Virus genome (UHGV): UHGV-0200595
DNA from: a virus
DNA: 22,035 nt
Strand: one strand, 5' to 3'
The number at the start of each line of letters is the position of its first letter. Position 1 is the first letter of the stretch. Positions 14,671 to 22,035 of the stretch are shown here, piece by piece. The notes under the pieces were generated by a model. The model was not told where the DNA came from. It saw nothing but the letters and a program-made list of their open reading frames with translations, and searched no databases. Made by a program: the position numbers and the translations under genes.

Positions 14671-16098
14671 ATGCCGGTTCAGCAATTACCTCTGATTAAG
14701 GGAACGGGGAAAGACTTTGCCGAAGCTGATTACATTGATGCCATTCCGGTCAACATGCTGGCAACTCCCAGAGAACTCCCCAGCGCAGCCGGATACATGC
14801 GCTCTTTCCCGGGAATAAAGAAACGCGCGGATGTTGAGGGAAAATCAAGAGGAGTTATTTACAACACCAGAGAGAACATTCTCTACCGTGTTCTGGGGGG
14901 CCGTGTCTATCGCGGGGAAAAAATCATCGGCTATGCACAGGGGGCCGGACGTGTGTCGCTGGCGTGCAGCGCCACCAGTCAGGCGGTCGCCGCTAATAGT
15001 GAAATGATTTTGTTTCGCTATGACGGCACAGTGAAGTGGCTGGAGAACTGGCCGGAGAAAGAGGACGGTGTTGAATATGCCCAGTATGAAATTGGCTCTG
15101 TAAGGGATATCTGTCGTGCCGGGGCCCGGTATGTGTGGATTAAAGATGGCTCTGACCTGTTTGGGGTGACAGACCTGGAGGATGAGTCACACCCTGACAG
15201 ATTCCGGCCATTTTACCGGGCAAACTCTCAGCCTGATGGCATAAGGGCGGTTGCGGAGTGGAAGGGGTTTATTGTCTGCTTTGGTTCATCAAGTATTGAG
15301 TATTTTTCCCTGACAGGGGCGACGGGGGCCACCTCACCGCTCTATGTGGCAAATAACTCCCTGACAGTAAATAAAGGTATTGCCGGGACACACTGCAAGG
15401 CACCGTTCGCCGGGGCGTATGCATTCATCAGTAGCGCTGCCTCTGGCCTGCCGTCCGTTTATCTTGTTGATGCGGGGCAGTTGCAAAAAATAGCCACTCC
15501 GACGATTGAAAGGGTGCTGAGGGGGTACACAGCTGATGAGCTGGCAACGAGCTCGCTTGAGTCCTTAAGTCTCGACGCTCACGAGTTACTGATAATGCAT
15601 CTGCCGCGACACACCCTGTGTTATGACATGAGTGCGAGTCAGAACGGGCCGCAATGGTGCCTTCTAAAAAGTGGCGTCGGTGATGATGTGTATCGGGGTA
15701 TTGATTTTCACTATGACGGAAGTGCCATCACGGTAGGGGATAAACAGCTGCCTGTCCTGGGAGAGTTAAGTTTTGATATTTCATCGCAGTACGACTCGCC
15801 GACAGAGCACCTGTTATTCACCCCCATGATAAAGGTTCCTGACAAAAGACTGTTCGATTTTGAGGTGGAAGCCATAACCGGCTTTACCGGAGATGATGAA
15901 AGATTTTTCCTTTCCACGACTTTTGACGGACTCACTTTCGGGCGGGAGGTGATGGTTCCCTACAGCCGCAGGCACCAGTATGACAGACGGATAAGGTGGC
16001 CGCGTATCGGCCGGGTCAGGCGAAACGTTGGCTTTAAGCTCAGGTTCGTGTCGCTGGCACCTTTATCTGTCTCGGGTTGTACCGTAAGGATTGAATGA
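14671..16098 (+). CDS. Packaged-DNA stabilisation / tail hub protein (P22 gp10-like)
   Basis: MPVQQLPLIKGTGKDFAEADYIDAIPVNMLATP, DLEDESHPDR, FGSSSIEYFSLTGAT and NGPQWC closely parallel recalled P22 gp10. The protein is 475 aa. Confidence 0.95.
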   Translation: MPVQQLPLIKGTGKDFAEADYIDAIPVNMLATPRELPSAAGYMRSFPGIKKRADVEGKSRGVIYNTRENILYRVLGGRVYRGEKIIGYAQGAGRVSLACSATSQAVAANSEMILFRYDGTVKWLENWPEKEDGVEYAQYEIGSVRDICRAGARYVWIKDGSDLFGVTDLEDESHPDRFRPFYRANSQPDGIRAVAEWKGFIVCFGSSSIEYFSLTGATGATSPLYVANNSLTVNKGIAGTHCKAPFAGAYAFISSAASGLPSVYLVDAGQLQKIATPTIERVLRGYTADELATSSLESLSLDAHELLIMHLPRHTLCYDMSASQNGPQWCLLKSGVGDDVYRGIDFHYDGSAITVGDKQLPVLGELSFDISSQYDSPTEHLLFTPMIKVPDKRLFDFEVEAITGFTGDDERFFLSTTFDGLTFGREVMVPYSRRHQYDRRIRWPRIGRVRRNVGFKLRFVSLAPLSVSGCTVRIE

Positions 16099-16619
16099 TG
16101 GCGAACGAGAAACTACTGACAGATTTTCCACTTTTTAACGGCCAGTTAACCCCCTCCATGCTGCCGGGAAACTTTACGGCCAGTTATCGGCTCCATGTTC
16201 TGACGCAGGCAGACCACTCTCAGTCATCCTCTGAGTTTCTGCGATTTGTCGCCAGAGAAACCCATGATGCGCAGGTGGTCAATGATGAACAGGATAATTC
16301 TATCGCTGCGCTACAGGAAGACTATGTCTCGAAGTCAGCAGAGGAGACGCAGCGTATAACCTCATCTCTGGATGTGGGCGGAGAATATCTTGTTAAGGGA
16401 CAAAAAGTGGTGGGGCCGCGGGATACCGGCTGGCGCGCATCCATTGGAAAAGCATCAAAGGCCGGAATCAACGGGAGCACTACTTATACGGTCGGAACAA
16501 GCTACTCGCAGTCACAGGTTCAGGCTATTGCGAAAGGTCTGGAAGAGTTGCGGCAGTGGGCCGTGGCTATACAGACAGCGATGGGGGCGGCATCCGGTCA
16601 CGGGCTGATTAACGAATGA
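16095..16619 (+). CDS. Tail needle (P22 gp26-like), short form
   Basis: DAQVVNDEQDNSIAALQEDYVSKS, GQKVVGPRDTGW, YSQSQVQAIAKGL and the C-terminal HGLINE parallel P22 gp26. It is 174 aa, versus about 233 aa as I recall for P22. Confidence 0.85.
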   Translation: MMANEKLLTDFPLFNGQLTPSMLPGNFTASYRLHVLTQADHSQSSSEFLRFVARETHDAQVVNDEQDNSIAALQEDYVSKSAEETQRITSSLDVGGEYLVKGQKVVGPRDTGWRASIGKASKAGINGSTTYTVGTSYSQSQVQAIAKGLEELRQWAVAIQTAMGAASGHGLINE

Positions 16620-17071
16620 TTTTATTCACGCCAACAAGAAATATCGACCTTATCGAAGCGGTCGGAAACCACAAGGACATTATTGCCGGAAGTAACAATG
16701 GTGACGGGTTCGACTACAGACCGGAGTGCCAGTACTTTGAAGTGAATGTACACGGACGGTTCGGCGGCATTGTTTACTATCAGGAGATTCAGCCGCAGAC
16801 CTTTGAATGTCACGCTATGTACCTGCCGGAGATTCGCGGATTCAGTAAGGATATTGGGCTGGCATTCTGGCGATACATTCTCACTCATACGACCGTCCAG
16901 TGTGTCACATCATTTGCTGCACGCAAATTTCGTCATGGCCAGATGTACTGCGCAATGGTTGGCCTTAATCGTGTCGGAACCATCAGGAAATACTTCAAAG
17001 GCGTGGACGATGTGACGTTTTACAGCGCCACACGTGAAGAACTAACCGACTTCCTGCATCACGGGAGATAA
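16616..17071 (+). CDS. P22 gp14-position protein (virion assembly / ejection-associated)
   Basis: 151 aa with an ATGA overlap to the needle gene. Assigned mainly by conserved gene order (26-14-7-20-16). Confidence 0.55.
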   Translation: MILFTPTRNIDLIEAVGNHKDIIAGSNNGDGFDYRPECQYFEVNVHGRFGGIVYYQEIQPQTFECHAMYLPEIRGFSKDIGLAFWRYILTHTTVQCVTSFAARKFRHGQMYCAMVGLNRVGTIRKYFKGVDDVTFYSATREELTDFLHHGR

Positions 17072-17073
17072 CC

Positions 17074-17763
17074 ATGTTATATGCATTTAAGCTGGGCAGG
17101 AAACTGCGCGGCGAGGAGCCCTTTTGCCCTGAAGGAGGCGGCGGCAAAGGTGGTGACAAGGGGGCAAAAGAGGCTGCAAAGGCTCAGAAATATGCGGCTG
17201 ATCTCCAGCACAAGCAGTGGCAGACGGTTATGAACAACCTGAAGCCCTTTACGCCACTTGCCGGAAAATACATCCCCATGCTGGAAGGGCTGAGCACCCT
17301 GGAAGGACAGGAAAAGGCGCTCAACGATTACTTCAACTCAGATATGTTCAAAAACTTAGCCAGCCAGTCACGGTATCAGACGCTGGCATCAGCTGAGGCT
17401 AATGGCAGCCTTGGTTCAACGGCCACGGGCAATCAGTTGGCGTTTATTGCCCCCTCTCTGGGTCAGTCCTGGCTGTCAGACCAGATGAACAATTACAACA
17501 ACCTGGCAAATATTGGTCTGGGTGCGCTTCAGGGGCAGGCAAACGCCGGGCAGACGTACGCCAATAACATGAGCCAGATTGCTCAGCAAAGTGCGGCGCT
17601 CGCAGCAGCGAATGGTAACAGGCCTTCCGGTTTTCAGTCGGCAATAGGCGGGGCTGCTTCGGGTGCGATGCTTGGCGGCGGTATTGCAAATTTAATTGGC
17701 TCATCAACTCCCTGGGGGGCCGGGATTGGTGCAGGTTTAGGTTTATTGGGGAGCTTATTCTAA
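17074..17763 (+). CDS. Ejection (E) protein, P22 gp7-like
   Basis: Begins MLYAFKLGRKLRGEEP like recalled P22 gp7. It is 229 aa with a Gly/Ala-rich C-terminus. Confidence 0.8.
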   Translation: MLYAFKLGRKLRGEEPFCPEGGGGKGGDKGAKEAAKAQKYAADLQHKQWQTVMNNLKPFTPLAGKYIPMLEGLSTLEGQEKALNDYFNSDMFKNLASQSRYQTLASAEANGSLGSTATGNQLAFIAPSLGQSWLSDQMNNYNNLANIGLGALQGQANAGQTYANNMSQIAQQSAALAAANGNRPSGFQSAIGGAASGAMLGGGIANLIGSSTPWGAGIGAGLGLLGSLF

Positions 17764-19124
17764 TGGCAACGTGGCAACAGGGTATTAATTCTGGAGGGCT
17801 TCTGGCTGGCATTGGCGCGCAAAATGAGAACGCACCAAGGGCAAGTGACATTAACGCAACTCTTGGCCTGATTCGCGAGAACAACGAGTTAGCACGCTCA
17901 GGGGCAAACAATGTGGCTCTGACAGGGCTGCGTGGTCTGGCTGGCGTCGCTGATATTTATCAGCAGGAGCAGCAGAAACAACGTAAGGCGGCATTCCAGA
18001 AAGGCTATGCGGATGCTTATGCGTCCGGCGACAGAGAGAAGATGCGTAATCTTGTTACTGAGTTTCCTGAGGAGTTTGAGGAAGTCCGTAAAGGAATGGG
18101 GTATGTCGATGATGCTCAGAGGGATGATTTTGGCAATCTGGCGCTTAGAGCACAGGTAGCCTCTTCGCTCGGGCCGGGCGCATTTGGCAAATTCATGATA
18201 GACAATGAGAAGGAAATGCGCCGCCTCGGTGTTCCGCCAGAAATCATCGCTGACATGCATGTTAATGACCCGCAGGGCTTCCAGCAGTTCGCTGGCAATA
18301 TGGCGCTGTTTTCTCTCGGTCATGAGAAGTACTTTGATATCAAAGACAAAATGGAAGGGCGAAACCTTGAGCGTCGGGGACAGGATATCACCATGCGTGG
18401 CCAGACGCTTTCCCATAACGCGATGATGGCCCAACTAAATCACGACAAATTCATTAATAAAAAATCTCTGGCAGAAATTCAGCGTGCCGGTGGCCTGAAT
18501 GAAATGGACGTGCACACATTAAATTCTCAGATAGCGTCTACCGGCTTTGACCCACTGACAGGGAAATCTGCGACAGGCGCACGAATGGGGCAGGCGAGAA
18601 AATGGTTAGAAGGCAATGATGCTTTCAACGAGGCATTGATAACAGGTGAGCGAGGAATAGAGAAGATAGACAAAATCCTCGACCAGCCTGAGCTTGACGG
18701 TGTCGGTAAATTCAGCGGTCGGATGCCCGATATTGCAACCTCCGAGGATGGATTATCCAACCGCAACATAATCGAAGAGTTGAAGTCCAGCGCGTTTGTT
18801 CAGAACGTGCAAACCCTCAGAGGCATGGGGGCGCTTTCTAACGCCGAAGGCCAGAAACTGGAAAATCTCATCGCCAGACTGGATATAACCCAGCCAGAAG
18901 CAGTGGTCAGGAAACAGCTAGCCGAAATCCGTGAGCAGTATGCTGTCTTACAAGCCGTTGCGGAAAAAGAATCTGAGTCAATGGGCTACAAATCCTCCGG
19001 CTACGACACATACGTATTGGAGCGGGCGGCTCGGAGAGCCGAACGTCAGCCACAGGGCACCGCGAAGGTGGGGCAGCAGCAAACCACTACTGGCAGCAAC
19101 TTTTCTTCACTATGGGGTGATTAA
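17763..19124 (+). CDS. Ejection protein, P22 gp20-like
   Basis: 453 aa. Assigned by order and size. The start overlaps the gp7-like stop. Confidence 0.7.
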   Translation: MATWQQGINSGGLLAGIGAQNENAPRASDINATLGLIRENNELARSGANNVALTGLRGLAGVADIYQQEQQKQRKAAFQKGYADAYASGDREKMRNLVTEFPEEFEEVRKGMGYVDDAQRDDFGNLALRAQVASSLGPGAFGKFMIDNEKEMRRLGVPPEIIADMHVNDPQGFQQFAGNMALFSLGHEKYFDIKDKMEGRNLERRGQDITMRGQTLSHNAMMAQLNHDKFINKKSLAEIQRAGGLNEMDVHTLNSQIASTGFDPLTGKSATGARMGQARKWLEGNDAFNEALITGERGIEKIDKILDQPELDGVGKFSGRMPDIATSEDGLSNRNIIEELKSSAFVQNVQTLRGMGALSNAEGQKLENLIARLDITQPEAVVRKQLAEIREQYAVLQAVAEKESESMGYKSSGYDTYVLERAARRAERQPQGTAKVGQQQTTTGSNFSSLWGD

Positions 19125-21292
19125 TGGCTAAAGCATGGAAAGATGTTATCGCCTCTCCACAGTATCAGGTGTTAGCACCAGAACAAAAAGTACAGGCTCA
19201 AGCGCAATATTTTGATGAGGTTGTTGCCCCTAAGGCTGGTGATAAATGGGCTGAAGCAAGAGAGCAGTTTTATGCTGCATACCCTCCGCCGCCGCAGCAG
19301 AAAGAAGAACCATCATTGATGCAACAAGCTGGCGATTGGCTCACAGGTGGTCAAAGTGCAGGGCAAATAGCAGAGCAGGCTGCTCGTGGTCTGGTAAACA
19401 TACCTTTCGATGTATTGCAGGGCGGAGCTAGCCTGATTAACGCGCTTAGTCAGGGGCTTGGCGGACCAAAGGTTTTGGATGATATTTATCGTCCTGTGGA
19501 GCGACCGACAGACCCTTATGCTCAGGCTGGAGAAACAATTGGTGGGTATCTTCTGCCAATTAGTACGGCTGCCAAAGCTGCTGGTGCGTCGGCAAAACTC
19601 GCAGGTGATATTGGTTCTGCTGGCAATATGATTGTTGGTTCGCTTGCCGAAGCAGCTAATCAGGATGGGGATTTTGCGCAAAATGCAGCCATTAACGGTG
19701 GTATCAACTTTGGGGTTCAGGGCGTGTTGTCGGGTGCAGGAAGGCTGATGTCTTCTAGGTCACCCCAAATGCTTGGTTCTGGTGCAATAAAGTCTGCGGC
19801 GGATGTGTCGAGAATGGCAAAGTCTGGCTCAGGAAGGGAACTCATTGCCAGTCAGGCTGCTAATGTATCCGATGATGTAGCAAAAGCCGCAGAGGCAACT
19901 GGAGTAGATATCAACGTATTAACGCCGGGCATGAGATCAGGCAGCCGTGGCCTTGCTCAGGCGGAAGGGATTCTGGCATCAAAGCCTGGTATTACACAGG
20001 ATGCACACACCAGAGCATTCAGTGAAATAGAGTCGAAATTTAACTCTGCTCTGGATGGGCTTGGGGCTGAAGCAGGAACCGCATCAGAGAAAAGTGCAGC
20101 GATAAAACAACGAGTTCTGGCTGGCATTGACAGCATGAAGGCTTCTGAAAAGGCAGCATGGGCTGACGTTCGTTCAACGATGCCAGATGCAAAGGCCAGA
20201 ATGTCAAATCTCAACGCAATAATTCAGGGAGATATCGTTGCAGGTCTGCCGATCACTCCTGAGATGAGGCAATTCGCGTCAGCTTATGCTAAATCAGGTA
20301 AAAATGGCATCACCTTTGACGCAATGAAGACATGGAGAGGTAAGCTGGCTGATGCCGAGCAGAAGTATATAAGGTCGGGTGAGGCTGATACGGCCAGACG
20401 CATGGCAGAGCTTCGAGACGCTGCAACAGAAGACATGCGCATGATAGCTCAAAAAGGTGGCTTCATTGACCAATGGAACGCTGCTAATGACTTATCTAAA
20501 GCACGATTTGCAGCGCAGCGGCAGGCAGAGACAGCTCTTGGTAAAGACCTTGCAACCGATCAGTTGATAACTAATGGTGCAAAAGCGTTACAGAACTCAG
20601 CAAAAAGTGGAGCAGGTCAGTTTCATAAGATAATTGGTGCGTTACCTGAGTCGGAGCGCGCGCCAGCAATTGCATCAATATTACAGGATGCAGTGTCGCA
20701 AGGGGGGCGTGGAGGTAAATCTGAAGGTGCTGGGATTAAACATATCGCGACTATTCTTACTCCGCAAAACGTGAAGGCAATTAGTCGATATTCTCCTGAA
20801 CTTGGCAGAATTGCCAAGGCGTATGGAGAGCTTGCAAGAGCTGCAACGAAACCACTCCGATATGTTGAACAAACAGGGCGATCTATGCCAGCCATTAGTA
20901 CCCTTGAGAACGGTCTTCATCCAGTTTTCGTGAGTGCATTGTCTGGTGCTTTTCGAATTGCGGGGGCGTTTACAGGATTTTCTGGTGGTGGGGTATTGGG
21001 GGCAATAGCAGGAGGGGCCGCAGGTGGCGCTCTTGACGCCATGTCAAAAGCTGCAATAACTAAATTATCTGCAACCAGAAGCGGTCAATACGCTATTGAA
21101 AAAGCAGTTCAGGAAGCTACAAAGGCAGTCAAGGTTGGTGCAAGCAGTGGAGCTTTAGCGGATGCGGAGCGCAGATTTATGGCAAACAAAGCAGCCGTAA
21201 AAGCAATCCGTGATGCTATTGGTAACGATGAATTTCAACGCTTAGCGAGGGGCGGTATAGTGGCATCACTAAGCGGAATGGTGCAGGAATGA
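19124..21292 (+). CDS. Ejection protein, P22 gp16-like (long form)
   Basis: 722 aa, Ala/Gly-rich, with a hydrophobic Gly-rich segment near the C-terminus ([24 protein letters not shown]). It is the last gene of the ejection-protein block. Confidence 0.7.
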   Translation: MAKAWKDVIASPQYQVLAPEQKVQAQAQYFDEVVAPKAGDKWAEAREQFYAAYPPPPQQKEEPSLMQQAGDWLTGGQSAGQIAEQAARGLVNIPFDVLQGGASLINALSQGLGGPKVLDDIYRPVERPTDPYAQAGETIGGYLLPISTAAKAAGASAKLAGDIGSAGNMIVGSLAEAANQDGDFAQNAAINGGINFGVQGVLSGAGRLMSSRSPQMLGSGAIKSAADVSRMAKSGSGRELIASQAANVSDDVAKAAEATGVDINVLTPGMRSGSRGLAQAEGILASKPGITQDAHTRAFSEIESKFNSALDGLGAEAGTASEKSAAIKQRVLAGIDSMKASEKAAWADVRSTMPDAKARMSNLNAIIQGDIVAGLPITPEMRQFASAYAKSGKNGITFDAMKTWRGKLADAEQKYIRSGEADTARRMAELRDAATEDMRMIAQKGGFIDQWNAANDLSKARFAAQRQAETALGKDLATDQLITNGAKALQNSAKSGAGQFHKIIGALPESERAPAIASILQDAVSQGGRGGKSEGAGIKHIATILTPQNVKAISRYSPELGRIAKAYGELARAATKPLRYVEQTGRSMPAISTLENGLHPVFVSALSGAFRIAGAFTGFSGGGVLGAIAGGAAGGALDAMSKAAITKLSATRSGQYAIEKAVQEATKAVKVGASSGALADAERRFMANKAAVKAIRDAIGNDEFQRLARGGIVASLSGMVQE

Positions 21293-21667
21293 TTAGTTAC
21301 CCACGGATGAATTGAGCTTATTTCTGGTAGATGTGGCAATTTTCCCAACATTTTTTAACCAAGATCTTAAGAAAGAGATCTCGTCTTTAATATCATGAAT
21401 ATCCTCACTCTTTATACGATCAAGCTTGCCCTCTAGGCACTCGATAGAACTCTCAACACTAGACAGCGACATTCTTAAATCGTCTTGATCACGCTCCATA
21501 GAGTATTTTAGCGCCCAATGTTCGTTTTCTAGGTCCTTTATTTTTTGGGTTATGGAGTTCATCTGATAGTCATGTACAAACCCGGAAATAATTAACGCAA
21601 CTAAGCATAACCATTCAAACACACAAATCTCCTTATTTTTCCTTACTCTACCATGAGGATATGCCAT
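21293..21667 (-). CDS. Small membrane-anchored coiled-coil protein in the accessory slot
   Basis: One TM helix (FEWLCLVALIISGFV) is followed by a heptad-like charged region. The region is visibly AT-rich. An alternative GTG start at 21622 follows AAGGAG with 6-nt spacing; the ATG at 21667 has no SD. Its stop codon directly abuts the gp16-like stop. Confidence 0.6.
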   Translation of the reverse strand: MAYPHGRVRKNKEICVFEWLCLVALIISGFVHDYQMNSITQKIKDLENEHWALKYSMERDQDDLRMSLSSVESSIECLEGKLDRIKSEDIHDIKDEISFLRSWLKNVGKIATSTRNKLNSSVGN

Positions 21668-21677
21668 GATTTACCCA

Positions 21678-22034
21678 TCAAACTACCCACCAGTTTGCTT
21701 CTCTGGATACGAGCCTTGCAGTTTTTATGGAATTAATTACCCCATGCTCAAGAGCCTCGTTAGCATCCAAAATGGTCGAGTCTGCTATCAAGGATGCCCA
21801 CCTAACATTAGGTCCAATGTCGATATTGAACGTCTCAATGAAGCGATCAAGATCGTTATCGAGGCATTTCCCATACTCTCGCAGCCTGGCATGGTCGGCG
21901 GCTGGGGTGGAAAAGCCTCATGATAACCGGGCAGATCCTATGGGCAAAACGGAGGGAAAGTTTGTGCTTTTTGTGCAGTGTCTGACGAGGTAGTTAGCAG
22001 GGCTTCGTCAGTGAATGATGATTTGTGATGCGGA
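21678..22034 (-). other. Minus-strand open frame entering from the window edge, interrupted by an in-frame TGA (21918-21920). Either a possible pseudogene or two genes
   Basis: Hand translation gives ...FPSVLPIGSARLS*GFSTPAADHARLREYGKCLDNDLDRFIETFNIDIGPNVRWASLIADSTILDANEALEHGVINSIKTARLVSREANWWVV*. The downstream part has no ATG or GTG start. The coding strand is ambiguous because plus-strand ORFs overlap it. Confidence 0.35.
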
Positions 22035-22035
22035 T

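Noticed and set aside
17444-18434. Minus-strand ORFs of 155 and 178 aa
   Set aside because: They are antisense to the gp7-like and gp20-like ejection-protein genes, which have tight translational coupling and P22 synteny. They are shadow ORFs.
1-22035. Scanned for CRISPR arrays, IS elements or transposases, an integrase, att sites, and reverse transcriptase (DGR or retron)
   Set aside because: No spaced direct repeats, terminal inverted repeats or matching ORF translations were seen. Their absence within this window says nothing about the flanking regions.

Overview
This window looks like the late half of a P22-like (Sf6/HK620/CUS-3-type) lambdoid prophage from an enterobacterium. All calls rest on reading the supplied translations and DNA by eye and on recalled P22 protein sequences; nothing was searched or computed. 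Almost everything reads left to right. The order is: (1) the end of the nin region, with an orphan 70-aa gene behind a near-consensus LexA box, then translationally coupled DUF1367-like, YbcO/DUF1364-like and antiterminator Q genes. (2) A PR'-like promoter and tR' terminator. (3) A cargo slot between Q and the holin, holding a DNA methyltransferase relic and an antisense hicAB toxin-antitoxin pair with a palindromic operator. (4) A lysis cassette of two holin-like membrane proteins, a GH108 endolysin and a small lipoprotein, with no recognisable Rz-type i-spanin. (5) A translationally coupled two-gene module, a ParB/Srx-like N-terminal-domain protein plus a GT-A (GT2-like) glycosyltransferase, just upstream of the terminase genes. 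(6) A small HTH protein, a long small terminase and a PBSX-type large terminase. (7) P22-like portal, scaffold, coat, gp4, gp10, tail needle gp26, gp14 and ejection proteins gp7/gp20/gp16. (8) An AT-rich, minus-strand accessory region in the position of P22 sieA/immI, cut off by the window edge. The most interesting candidates are the ParB-like/GT-A pair (possible DNA or virion modification module), the SOS box with its orphan gene, hicAB lying antisense to the Q-dependent late transcript, an octamer array inside the small terminase gene (possible pac or TerS site), and the right-edge accessory genes. No tRNA, rRNA, CRISPR array, integrase or transposase was seen.
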